Notes: a model not told the origin generated them from the sequence alone. A DNA stretch of 59,794 bases from Gemmatimonadota bacterium (GCA_041488455.1 JBGPPG010000006.1:1-59794), one strand, 5' to 3'; positions 9,385 through 18,255 are shown, numbered from the stretch's first letter. Made by a program: numbers and translations.

Positions 9385-9846
9385 ATGCCGCGGACGTGGT
9401 CGATGGGGCTGGTAGCGCTCCTCGCCGGGTGCTTCCCGTATACCTCGCGTCCCAGCCTGGACCCGCTGCTGGGCGTGCCCAGCGCCGAGGTCCGCCTTGG
9501 TCCGGCAACCGCCACCGAGCGACTGGCTGAGGCACTGCGCGGAGACTCGATCCCCGTTACCCGCGTCGAGCCCCGCGACGGGTATCTCCAGACACCGTGG
9601 TTCGACGTCGCGACCGGCGCGCCCACGAGGCGGTCAGCGCTCGGTCTGCAAATTGTCCGCGTGCGGGGCTGGGTGGATCCGGGGAGGTACGGGCACAGCG
9701 AGCTGCGGGTGGAGGTCGCCTACCGTGTGCTTCGCGATCCGTCGGTCCCCGGACGCGAGCTGGAGCGCCTGGCTCCTCCGGACCATCCCGTCAGACTGAA
9801 GGTGCAGGCCGCGCTCGACAGCCTTGCGCAGCGGTACGCCGACTAG
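9385..9846 (+). CDS. hypothetical lipoprotein
   Basis: Lipobox LAGC, and DGYLQTPWF resembles BamC-like/DUF lipoproteins. Confidence 0.75.
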   Translation: MPRTWSMGLVALLAGCFPYTSRPSLDPLLGVPSAEVRLGPATATERLAEALRGDSIPVTRVEPRDGYLQTPWFDVATGAPTRRSALGLQIVRVRGWVDPGRYGHSELRVEVAYRVLRDPSVPGRELERLAPPDHPVRLKVQAALDSLAQRYAD

Positions 9847-10664
9847 ACCACGTAGGCCCGCACCCACTCCTCCAGCTGGCCGAGATTCAGCCGCGCGTCC
9901 TTGCAGGGGCCCGACGGCAGCGTCATCGTGAGCCCGAGCACCGGCACCTTGCCCGCCACATCGTGGAGCCCGCTCACCATATCCCGCTCGCACGCGACCG
10001 CGACGACCGCCCGGGGCCGACGCTCGCGAATCACGCGCCGGGCAAGCTGGCCCCGGGTGGCCACGAATACCGGCACTCCGTACTTCCCGGCGATCCCGAG
10101 CACCCCGTCGAGCGTCTCTTTGGAAAGGCAGCGCGGAATGAGGAGCAGCAGCTCTCCCTTGCCGACCTTCCGGCTCCGAGTGAGCGCCAGCGCGTTGTAG
10201 ACCTTGACCGCGGCGTTCTCCACCCAGTCCCGCCGACCGAAACGGGTTGCGACCCTGGACGTGAGTCGCATCAACCGGAGAAAGGGCCCCCGCTCCGCGA
10301 GCCCTTCGGGAAGGAGCGGCCGGCGCGTCGCGAACGCCAAGGCAAGCAGCAGCCACCAGACCAGGAGCAGCCCCCCCACCGACCAGCCGGCGATTCGCAG
10401 GGCGTGGGGCAGTTCAGCGTGAATCAGGGCGAGCCGGGGGCCTAATAGATAGAGGAAAAGGGCCACGACGACGCTGGCGACCGCGATCGCCAGGGCCGAC
10501 CATGCGAAGAAGAGCCAGGGTGGAGAGTCGTAGTCACCGCCACCGGGCAACGGGCTGCCATCCCACTCGTCCCATTCGTGGCCCAACCGGCGATCGACGT
10601 CGATGTGGATGAGCTGGGCGCGGGCGGGGACCGGGGCCGGCGAAGCGGCGGGGGCATCTGGCAT
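9843..10664 (-). CDS. DUF116 family membrane protein
   Basis: LLLIPRCL, VATRGQLAR, AVACERD and GPCKD, with two N-terminal TM helices. Confidence 0.85.
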   Translation of the reverse strand: MPDAPAASPAPVPARAQLIHIDVDRRLGHEWDEWDGSPLPGGGDYDSPPWLFFAWSALAIAVASVVVALFLYLLGPRLALIHAELPHALRIAGWSVGGLLLVWWLLLALAFATRRPLLPEGLAERGPFLRLMRLTSRVATRFGRRDWVENAAVKVYNALALTRSRKVGKGELLLLIPRCLSKETLDGVLGIAGKYGVPVFVATRGQLARRVIRERRPRAVVAVACERDMVSGLHDVAGKVPVLGLTMTLPSGPCKDARLNLGQLEEWVRAYVV

Positions 10665-10728
10665 ACGGAAGAACAATTCTCACGGTTCCGCGTTTGCTTG
10701 GCAAGGGAGCCCGATCCTAGCTTTCCGC

Positions 10729-12381
10729 ATGTCTTCCGAGCCCCGGCTCCGCGGCCGGTTCCGAAGCGACGAGCGGGCACGGGCCGCCTACGCGGAGGCG
10801 GCAGGCATCTACCGCATCGTCCCCCGCGCCGTTGCCCTCCCCGCGGATCTCGACGACCTCGTGAAGCTGGTGCGATGGGCGTCCGAGGAACGGGTTCCAC
10901 TCGTACCTCGCGGCGCGGGCAGCGCCATGGGCGGCGGCAACGTCGGGGACGGCATCGTCGTCGACCTCACCCGGATGGACGGACCCGGAATCGAGATCGA
11001 GGCGTCCAAGCGGCGGGCCCGCATGCGGGCAGGCACCTCGCTCGGCGAGCTGGAGGCCGCCGCCACACCGCTCCGTCTCCGCCTTCCACCGGATCCTTCC
11101 AGCTGGCGCTGGGCCACCGCGGGCGGCGTGGTGTCTACCAACGCCGCCGGCGCACGGTCGGTGCGGTACGGCAGCGTGCGGCGTTGGGTCGACGCCGTCA
11201 CCGCGGTCACCACCGACGGCGAGGTGGTGAGACTCGCACGCGGCACGGAGCCGGCGCCTCCCTACGCGCGGCGCCCACCCGCCGCAGCCCTCGCCCGGTT
11301 CGAGCGCGACACCGCCCCCGCGATCCGCGAGGCCGGCGCGCTGATCCGCGCGCGCTTCCCACGGGTGTCCAAGAGCTCCTCGGGTTATGCCCTCGACGCG
11401 TTTCTGAATTCGGGCGACGTCCTGGACCTCCTCGTCGGCGCTGAGGGCACGCTCGGTCTGATCACGGAGGTGGAGTGGCGTTTGGACCCGGTGCCGCCCG
11501 CGCGGGCCGGGCTCCGGATCCTGCTTCGCGACTACGGAACCGTGGCCGAGCTGGTCGGTCGACTGGTCGGGCTCGGGGCCTCCGCGGTCGAGCTGCTGGA
11601 CCGGACGTTCCTCGAGCTGGTGGCCGCTCACGGCGACGACCACGTCTCCATCCCCCACGGGGGCGGCATCGAGGCGGTTCTCCTGGTGGAGCTCGAGGCC
11701 GCGGCACCGGAGCAGCTGCGCTCGCTGGCGGAGGCCGCCGTGGCGGTGGCCCGCCCTCTCTCGTTCGAGGTGGACGCCGCGCTGTCCCGCGAAGGCGCCG
11801 ATCGGCTCTGGCGCCTCCGCCATGCGGCCAGCCCGATCCTGGCGGGCTTGCCACCCGACCGGCGGTCGCTCCAGGTGATCGAGGACGGTTGTGTCCCTCT
11901 GCCGCGGTTGGGCGACTACGTGGCGGCCGTGCGTCGCGCCGCGGCGGCCCGCGGCCTCGCCGTCGTGATCTTCGGTCACGCCGGCGACGGTAACGTGCAC
12001 GTGAACCTGCTTCCCGAAATCGAGCGGGTCGGTTGGGAAGCGGACGTCGCCGGGTTGCTGGAGGAGATCACGGACACGGTCGTGGCGCTCGGCGGGGTGC
12101 CGTCGGGCGAGCATGGTGACGGCCGCCTGAGGGCCGGGTTTCTCGAGCGGGTCTACGGCGCCGAGGTCGTCCGCCTCTTCCAGCGGGTGAAGACGAGCTT
12201 CGATCCCCTTGGGATCCTGAACCCCGGCATTATCCTTCCGTCCGGCGAGCCGCCGATCGCGCGGCTCAAGGCAGGCACCGGCGCCGTCCCGCTCCCTCCG
12301 GATATCGCGGAGGCCCTCCGCGACATCGAGCGCGGGGGCGGATACGCCCGGTCCCGGCTGGAGATCGCGGACGACCAATAG
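10729..12381 (+). CDS. FAD-binding oxidoreductase (GlcD/D-lactate dehydrogenase family)
   Basis: PRGAGS, PPDPSS, GAEGTLG, GHAGDGNVH, GEHGDG and DPLGILNPG. Confidence 0.9.
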   Translation: MSSEPRLRGRFRSDERARAAYAEAAGIYRIVPRAVALPADLDDLVKLVRWASEERVPLVPRGAGSAMGGGNVGDGIVVDLTRMDGPGIEIEASKRRARMRAGTSLGELEAAATPLRLRLPPDPSSWRWATAGGVVSTNAAGARSVRYGSVRRWVDAVTAVTTDGEVVRLARGTEPAPPYARRPPAAALARFERDTAPAIREAGALIRARFPRVSKSSSGYALDAFLNSGDVLDLLVGAEGTLGLITEVEWRLDPVPPARAGLRILLRDYGTVAELVGRLVGLGASAVELLDRTFLELVAAHGDDHVSIPHGGGIEAVLLVELEAAAPEQLRSLAEAAVAVARPLSFEVDAALSREGADRLWRLRHAASPILAGLPPDRRSLQVIEDGCVPLPRLGDYVAAVRRAAAARGLAVVIFGHAGDGNVHVNLLPEIERVGWEADVAGLLEEITDTVVALGGVPSGEHGDGRLRAGFLERVYGAEVVRLFQRVKTSFDPLGILNPGIILPSGEPPIARLKAGTGAVPLPPDIAEALRDIERGGGYARSRLEIADDQ

Positions 12382-12394
12382 CCCATACGCCTCC

Positions 12395-13147
12395 ATGGAC
12401 ATCATCACGCACCCTACCGTCTCGCTCATCGCCCGTCCCCAGTTCACCGAGCCGGCCCATCTGCGGGTCGAGTGGAAGGGCGAGGCGACCGACGGCGAGC
12501 GGGTGGCCGAGTACGCGGGTCGGCTCTGCTACATGAGCCAGCACAACCCGGCGGGGCGCACGACGGCGGACTACCTCCAGAACATCCTGCGCCAGGGCCA
12601 CGGCTCGGTGTTCGAGCATGCGGTGTACGTGCTGCTGGTGGAGGGGATCTCGCGGTCGTGCAGTCACGAGCTCGTCCGCCACCGGGCCGGCTTCGGCTAC
12701 TCCCAGCTGTCGCAGCGTTACGTCGACGAGTCGCACGCGGCGTTCGTGATGCCGCCCGCGATCCAGGGGGACCCGGCGCTCGAAGCCGCCTGGACGGCCC
12801 AGGTCTCGGCGGCTCAGGCCGCCTATGTCGCCGCTGTCGAGGGACTGATGGGCAAGTACGGCCGGGTGGAGGACCGCGTGCATCGGCGCAAGATGGCCCG
12901 GGAGGCGGCGCGCAGCGTGCTGCCCAACGCGACCGAGGTGAAGATCGTGGTCAGCGCCAATGTCCGCGCCTGGCGTACCATGCTCGAGCTTCGCCTCGCC
13001 GAGGGCGCCGAGCTCGAGATTCGGCGGATGGCGATCGCCTGCCTCCAGGTCCTTCGCCAGGAGGCGCCGGCGCTGTTCGCCGACATCGAGATCTATCGTG
13101 GGGAGGACGGGACGGAGGCGGGTCGGGTCGGCTTCCATAAGGTGTAG
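12395..13147 (+). CDS. thyX: FAD-dependent thymidylate synthase
   Basis: GHGSVFEH, HELVRHR...SQLSQRY and REAARSVLP. Confidence 0.95.
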   Translation: MDIITHPTVSLIARPQFTEPAHLRVEWKGEATDGERVAEYAGRLCYMSQHNPAGRTTADYLQNILRQGHGSVFEHAVYVLLVEGISRSCSHELVRHRAGFGYSQLSQRYVDESHAAFVMPPAIQGDPALEAAWTAQVSAAQAAYVAAVEGLMGKYGRVEDRVHRRKMAREAARSVLPNATEVKIVVSANVRAWRTMLELRLAEGAELEIRRMAIACLQVLRQEAPALFADIEIYRGEDGTEAGRVGFHKV

Positions 13148-13218
13148 TGGCTGAAAAACCTATTGTGCACCTGAATTCTTTTTCTTAACTTAGAATGGTC
13201 ATGTAGTCATCTCGTCAC

Positions 13219-13246
13219 GGCTCGTCTCGCGCGGACGGCCTTTTTT
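13219..13246 (+). terminator. intrinsic terminator-like hairpin plus T6, directly before the next gene's RBS
   Basis: GGC(T)CGTC-tcgcgcg-GACGGCC-TTTTTT. Confidence 0.65.
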
Positions 13247-13258
13247 GTAGAGGGCGCT

Positions 13259-14359
13259 CTGCCAATTCGGATCGGACTCGCGTTCAACGTGAAGCCCGAG
13301 GTTGCCGCAGCCGGGCCCACGATCGACTCCCCCACGACCGACGAACCTCCCAGTCGGGCCCTCCGGCCCGATCTCCCGCAGCCTGACCTGTACATCGAGT
13401 GGGACGACCCGGCGACGATCGACGCCGTCGAGCACGCGCTGTCGAACGTGGGCGAGGTGATCCGGCTCGAGGCCGACGCCGAGTTCCCCTCGAAGCTCCT
13501 CGACTACCGGCCCGACTTCGTCTTCAACATCGCGGAAGGGCTGTTCGGCCCTAGCCGTGAGAGCCACGTCCCCGCGATCTGCGAGTTTCTCGGCGTCCCC
13601 TATCACGCCTCGGACGCGCTCACCTTGGGCCTCTGCCTCCACAAGGGCCGAGCCAAGGAAATCCTCGAGCGCTACGGCGTCCCGACCGCCCCGTTCCGGC
13701 TCGCTCGCACCGTCGCCGACGCGAGAGCCACCCGGCTGCCCTTCCCCCTCTTCGTGAAGCCCGCCTTCGAGGGCTCGGGCAAGGGCGTCTCGAGCAAGAG
13801 CGTCTGCCACAACCGGGGCGAGCTCACCATCCAGGTGGATTACCTCCTCGCCACGTATCGGGAGCCAGTCCTCATCGAGACCTACCTGCCGGGGCGCGAG
13901 TTCACCGTCGCCATCCTCGGCAACGCCGATGAGGCACGGTGTTTGCCTATCGTGGGGCTGCGCTTCGACACGCTCCCGCGGGGCGCCCCGCCGATCTACG
14001 GGTACGAGGCGAAGTGGCTCTGGGACACACCGGCCCACCCGCTCGACATCTTCGAGTGCCCGGCCAAGGTTCCCGAAGCGCTCGTCGAGCAGGTCCGCGA
14101 GGCCGCGCTGGGCGCTTACCACGCTCTGGACTGCCGCGACTGGTGCCGTGTCGATCTTCGATGCGACGCCGCCGGTCGCCCGATGGTCGTTGAGTTGAAC
14201 CCGCTTCCCGGAATCCTCCCGGACCCGCGGGACAACTCCTGCTTCCCGAAGGCCGCCGCGGCGGCCGGGATGTCATACGACGAGCTGATCTGCACCGTGG
14301 CGGACATCGCCTGGCGGCGCATCAGCGGCGGTTCACTCTTGGCTGGGGTACCCTCATGA
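13259..14359 (+). CDS. D-Ala-D-Ala ligase-like ATP-grasp protein; probable CTG start
   Basis: VFNIAEG, FVKP..EGSGKG, LPGREFTV, RVDLR and ELNPLPG. The frame continues upstream of GTG13289 as (L)PIRIGLAFNVK. Confidence 0.85.
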   Translation: MPIRIGLAFNVKPEVAAAGPTIDSPTTDEPPSRALRPDLPQPDLYIEWDDPATIDAVEHALSNVGEVIRLEADAEFPSKLLDYRPDFVFNIAEGLFGPSRESHVPAICEFLGVPYHASDALTLGLCLHKGRAKEILERYGVPTAPFRLARTVADARATRLPFPLFVKPAFEGSGKGVSSKSVCHNRGELTIQVDYLLATYREPVLIETYLPGREFTVAILGNADEARCLPIVGLRFDTLPRGAPPIYGYEAKWLWDTPAHPLDIFECPAKVPEALVEQVREAALGAYHALDCRDWCRVDLRCDAAGRPMVVELNPLPGILPDPRDNSCFPKAAAAAGMSYDELICTVADIAWRRISGGSLLAGVPS

Positions 14360-15366
14360 GAGCAGCGATCATCTACGACGCCGGCAGCGCAGAGTGGAGC
14401 GCGCAGGATGTGGCCGCCGTGCTCAGCAATGTGCACGAGGTCCGCAACTCGCTCCGCCGCCGCGACCACGACGTCGAGCTCGTGCCGGTGCGCCTGGGCG
14501 AGTTCCGCTGGCTCTCCCGTGCCCGCAAAGCCGACCTTATCGTCAACCTCTGCGAGGGGATCAACGGCCACGCCAGGTACGAGGATTTCGTTGTCAACAC
14601 GCTCGAGCTCACCGGCCTCCCGTTCACCGGTTGCCGGGCGTGGCCGGTCTCCGTCTGCCACCGGAAGCACGTCGCCAATACTGTGCTCCGGAATGCCGGG
14701 ATCCCGATTCCCAGTTTCGTCCTGACGCAGGGGAACTCGATCCCGGGGGACTTCCCGCTCCCTGCCATCGTGAAGCCCGCCGCGGAAGACGCCAGCGTGG
14801 GCATCGACGGCAGCGCGGTTTGCGCGACGCGTAAGGCGCTTCGCAAGCGGGTGGTGCAGATGACCGAGCAGTTCGACGACGTGATGATCCAGCAGTACGT
14901 CCCGGGGCGGGAGTTCAACGTCGGGTTCGTGGGTCGTCAGATGCTGCCGATCTCGGAGATCCGTTTCGACTCGATGCCGCCGGACGCCTGGCCCATCGTC
15001 ACCTACGCCGCCAAATGGAGCACGGGGAGCCTGGACGACCTCGGCACCGTGCCCGTCTGCCCTGCGGACGTCCTGCCCGATCTCTCCAAGCGGCTGGCGC
15101 ACGTGGCTCGGCGCGCCTGGGAGCTCCTGGCCGGCGCAGAGGGGTACGGCCGCGTCGACCTCCGCGTCACCGAAGACGGTCAGGCGTACGTTCTGGAGGT
15201 CAACCCGTCACCGGACCTGTCCAGCAACGCCGGGCTCGCCCGCATGGGACACGCGTTCGGTTGGGACTACGATGAGCTGGTCAACCGGATTGTAGACGAG
15301 GCGCTGACCCGGATGCAGCCCAGCCGCTTTGCCGCCGAGCTGGTCAGCGGGATCCCGGCCGCCTGA
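14356..15366 (+). CDS. second D-Ala-D-Ala ligase-like ATP-grasp protein
   Basis: ATGA overlap, with NLCEG, IVKP..EDAS.GI, GREFNV, GYGRVDLR and LEVNPSPDL. Confidence 0.88.
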   Translation: MRAAIIYDAGSAEWSAQDVAAVLSNVHEVRNSLRRRDHDVELVPVRLGEFRWLSRARKADLIVNLCEGINGHARYEDFVVNTLELTGLPFTGCRAWPVSVCHRKHVANTVLRNAGIPIPSFVLTQGNSIPGDFPLPAIVKPAAEDASVGIDGSAVCATRKALRKRVVQMTEQFDDVMIQQYVPGREFNVGFVGRQMLPISEIRFDSMPPDAWPIVTYAAKWSTGSLDDLGTVPVCPADVLPDLSKRLAHVARRAWELLAGAEGYGRVDLRVTEDGQAYVLEVNPSPDLSSNAGLARMGHAFGWDYDELVNRIVDEALTRMQPSRFAAELVSGIPAA

Positions 15367-15869
15367 CGCGGACGCTGGCCCGGCCCTCGATCCGCGCGCT
15401 TACCGCCGCCGACCGCGACCGCATCGAAGCGATCACCCGGGCCGTTGGTGTGTTCCACGAAACCGAGGTGCCGGTGGCCCTGGAGGTTCTCGACGGGGCG
15501 ATCGCGGGACCCCGGTCCTCCGGCACAGAACCAGACTACACGGCCCTCGGCGCGGACGTCGAGGGCCGTCTCGTTGGCTGGATCTGCTGGGGTCCGACCC
15601 CTTGTACCCTGGGTACCTACGACCTCTACTGGATGGCGGTGGACCCCACGGTCCAGCACGGTGGGGTGGGCACGGCCCTGATGGCGGAGATGGAGCGGCG
15701 TCTGAGCGGTCGTGCCCGGCTCATCATCGTGGAGACTGCAGGCCGACCAGCCTACGCAGCGACCCGGGCCTTCTACGGGGCTCGCGGCTACCAGCCCACC
15801 GCACGAATCCCCGACTTCTACGCGCCGGGCGACGATCTGGTCGTCTACACCAAGACCCTCGCGGGCTGA
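15363..15869 (+). CDS. GNAT family N-acetyltransferase; probable CTG start
   Basis: GPTP.T.GTYDLYW.AV.P..Q..GVG, TRAFY..RGY and DFYAPGDD. The frame extends upstream of GTG15450 through IRALTAADRDRI to CTG15363 (CTGA overlap). Confidence 0.85.
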   Translation: MTRTLARPSIRALTAADRDRIEAITRAVGVFHETEVPVALEVLDGAIAGPRSSGTEPDYTALGADVEGRLVGWICWGPTPCTLGTYDLYWMAVDPTVQHGGVGTALMAEMERRLSGRARLIIVETAGRPAYAATRAFYGARGYQPTARIPDFYAPGDDLVVYTKTLAG

Positions 15870-15888
15870 GGTATCGCCGGAAGCCCGC

Positions 15889-17523
15889 TCAGGCGGCGGT
15901 CGCCGTCGCCCCCACCGTCTTACAGAACGCCTCGTACACGTCGGGCCGCCACCACTGCCGGGACTCGTGCATGTGCACCACCGCTTCCGCCTGCCCCATG
16001 GCGGCGCGGTAGCTGCGCGTCGTCGTCAGCGCGTCGTAGACATCCACGATGCAGATCACCTGCGCGGCCAGCGGGATCTCGTCGCCGCGGAGGCGGTCCG
16101 GATACCCGGTGCCGTCGTACTTCTCGTGGTGCCAGCGGATGATGGGCTTGATGTCCCAGGGGAAGTGCACCGTGGCCAGCAGCTCCACGCCCCAGACCGG
16201 ATGCATCTTGATGATGTCGAACTCCTCGCGGGTCAGGAGGCCGGGCTTGTTCAGGATCTCGTGCGGCACGCGGACCTTGCCGAGGTCGTGGAGATAGGCG
16301 CCGATCCGGACCGTCGTCTGCTGGCTCTCGTCCATCCCCAGCGCCTGGGCGACAGCGAGGGCATAGCCGGCCACCCGCTCGCAGTGCCCGAAGGTGTAGC
16401 TGTCCGCCGATTCGATCGACTGGCCCCAGTCCCTGACCGCCGCCAGGTAGGTCTCTTCCAGCCGCTGTACGCGACGGGCCACATCCACCAGGTCCAGGCG
16501 GGCGTCGAGACGCCCGAAGAGCCTGTGCGCCGCGCTCAGCAGCTGGAGCGCCTCCTGGTTGCGCCCCATCACCTGATAGAGCAGCGCCAGCTCGCGTGAG
16601 GCTTCCGCTTCGCTGAGCACCGAGTCGGTGCTGACGGCCAGCTCGATCGCGGTCGTGAGCCGGGCCTCGGCGAGCGCCCACCGCCCCGTTTCCCGGTATA
16701 CACGCCCGATCACCTTGTAGGCGTCGGCCTTGTCGAGCCTAGTGCCGAGACGGTCGAAGATGCGCAGGGCGCCTTCCGCATCGGTCCGGGCGTCCTCGTA
16801 GCGCTGGCGCGCGAGATGTACCTCCGACCGGTTCAGCAGGCCCAGGCCGGAGAGATGCACGTCGCCCACGGCCGCGGTGATCTCGAGACACCGCCGGAAG
16901 TAGTCGTCGGCCTCGTCCCACTTGCCCTGGTCGGCGCTCACCATCCCGAGGTTGTGGTAAGCGATGGCGCACCCGTGGTCGTCGCGGGTGCGCTGGAAGG
17001 CGTAGAGCGATTGCTGATAGTGGGCCAGAGCCTCGGCGTGACTGCCCTGGATATTCGCCAGAATCCCGAGGTTCTGCTCGATTCTGCCCCGAAGCTCCGA
17101 GCTCGAGCCGCCCAGCTCCAGCGCGCGATAGAACCGCTTTCGGGCGACGTCGATCGCCCCGCTCTCGACGTCGAAGCCGGCGAGCGTGTTCAAGGCCTCG
17201 CCGGCGAGGACGGAGTCGGACGCCTCCGTAGCGACCGCGAGGCTCCGCTCACACAGCGCGCAGGCCGCGTCGCGCTCGCCCCGCCGGTGTCGGACCACGG
17301 CGAGCCGGCGGAGCGCCTCGGCGAGGAGCCGCACCTCGCCCCCCGACTCGGCCCCCTCGATCGCCGCCACGTACTGTGCGATCGCGTCCGCCAGGCTGCC
17401 GGCCAGCTCCCGCTCCCGCGCCTGCTGTAGCAGCGTTGCCGCCGGCGTCGGCTCGCTGCGCCCCCGCCCCCCGGCTCCCTTGGCCGCGGGGACCGCCGTC
17501 AACCCGGTACGCTCAGTACGCAA
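15889..17523 (-). CDS. TPR-repeat protein with C-terminal HD-GYP cyclic-dinucleotide phosphodiesterase
   Basis: Repeats such as EALNTLA, NLGILA, AIAYHNLGMV and NRSEV. HD-GYP motifs HCERV, HDLGK, HP and HHEKYDGTGYP are intact. Confidence 0.92.
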   Translation of the reverse strand: MRTERTGLTAVPAAKGAGGRGRSEPTPAATLLQQARERELAGSLADAIAQYVAAIEGAESGGEVRLLAEALRRLAVVRHRRGERDAACALCERSLAVATEASDSVLAGEALNTLAGFDVESGAIDVARKRFYRALELGGSSSELRGRIEQNLGILANIQGSHAEALAHYQQSLYAFQRTRDDHGCAIAYHNLGMVSADQGKWDEADDYFRRCLEITAAVGDVHLSGLGLLNRSEVHLARQRYEDARTDAEGALRIFDRLGTRLDKADAYKVIGRVYRETGRWALAEARLTTAIELAVSTDSVLSEAEASRELALLYQVMGRNQEALQLLSAAHRLFGRLDARLDLVDVARRVQRLEETYLAAVRDWGQSIESADSYTFGHCERVAGYALAVAQALGMDESQQTTVRIGAYLHDLGKVRVPHEILNKPGLLTREEFDIIKMHPVWGVELLATVHFPWDIKPIIRWHHEKYDGTGYPDRLRGDEIPLAAQVICIVDVYDALTTTRSYRAAMGQAEAVVHMHESRQWWRPDVYEAFCKTVGATATAA

Positions 17524-18085
17524 CGGCGTACCGGGAGAAGTGGTTGATGAGCCCCGTGACGGTGCGGGTCAACCGCAGGTCCAGCGACGTCACCACGGCG
17601 AGGATCCTGAGCTGCTCGTTGGTGTAGACCACCTGCTTGCGGAGCGGGATCAGCAAGCAGTTGCCGTAGCTCATGGTGAGCGTCGCGGGCTTCGCGAACT
17701 TGAGCCCCTCGGGCGAGAACCGCACCGAGTTGACCGTGCCCGAGACCTGCTCGGCCGTGATCCGAACCGGCGAGGAGAGCGCGCCGGCCGGAATCACGAG
17801 CCGGTGGGCACCGACCACGAGCTGGCCACCGGCCGGCCCGATGACCGCGGTGGCCTGGGCGTAGGGCTGCCGGGAGCAGGTGAGCAGCTGGAGCGTGCCC
17901 AGCACCCTCTGGAGCGTCGGATCGAGCAGCGATTCCAGCTTGGCGCTCGGCGCCGGCGTAACCGCAGCCGAAGGCTCCGGGGTCGACGGGCCGGTGAGCG
18001 AATCGTCGTTCGAGCAGCTCACGCCCACCATCAGGAGGGCGCCGACGAGAAGCATCGAGACGAGCGGACGGGTCCACGAGCGCAT
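17513..18085 (-). CDS. lipoprotein with ZU5-like domain and terminal HFS motif
   Basis: Lipobox GVSC, IGPAGGQL...LVIPAGAL...FSPEGLKFAKPATLTMSY, and the end INHFSRYAVAY-stop. Confidence 0.85.
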   Translation of the reverse strand: MRSWTRPLVSMLLVGALLMVGVSCSNDDSLTGPSTPEPSAAVTPAPSAKLESLLDPTLQRVLGTLQLLTCSRQPYAQATAVIGPAGGQLVVGAHRLVIPAGALSSPVRITAEQVSGTVNSVRFSPEGLKFAKPATLTMSYGNCLLIPLRKQVVYTNEQLRILAVVTSLDLRLTRTVTGLINHFSRYAVAY

Positions 18086-18210
18086 CGCACTATCCCCTTG
18101 AGAGTGTTGCTGGCCTTGCGACGATACCGCGGCCGCCGGGCGGCCGCCGGTCGCCCGCGAGGCTGGAGCCCCGGGCGCCGGTACGCGGAACACTGAGTGG
18201 GGACGGTGGG

Positions 18211-18226
18211 AGCAAGTGTGATGCCT
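18211..18226 (-). promoter_or_regulatory. sigma54 (-24/-12) promoter of the leftward ZU5/TPR-HD-GYP unit
   Basis: Minus strand reads AGGCATCACACTTGCT, which is GG-N10-GC with TTGC. Confidence 0.7.
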
Positions 18227-18240
18227 TCTTGAGATTCGTA

Positions 18241-18255
18241 TGTCAAACAATGACA
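18241..18255. promoter_or_regulatory. palindromic regulator site
   Basis: TGTCA-aacaa-TGACA, with a degenerate second copy TGTCA-acaat-TGGGA at 18277-18291. Confidence 0.5.

Noticed and set aside
10717-12447. Long antisense or alternative-frame ORFs (also 25053-26591, 26545-28062, 29597-31123, 35571-37487, 21061-22458)
   Set aside because: They shadow well-supported genes, are Arg/Pro/Gly-rich without motifs, and are expected in high-GC DNA.
13259-15366. Assigning the symbol ddl
   Set aside because: The Ddl N-terminal motif and mur/fts context are missing. The genes belong to a different ATP-grasp subfamily.
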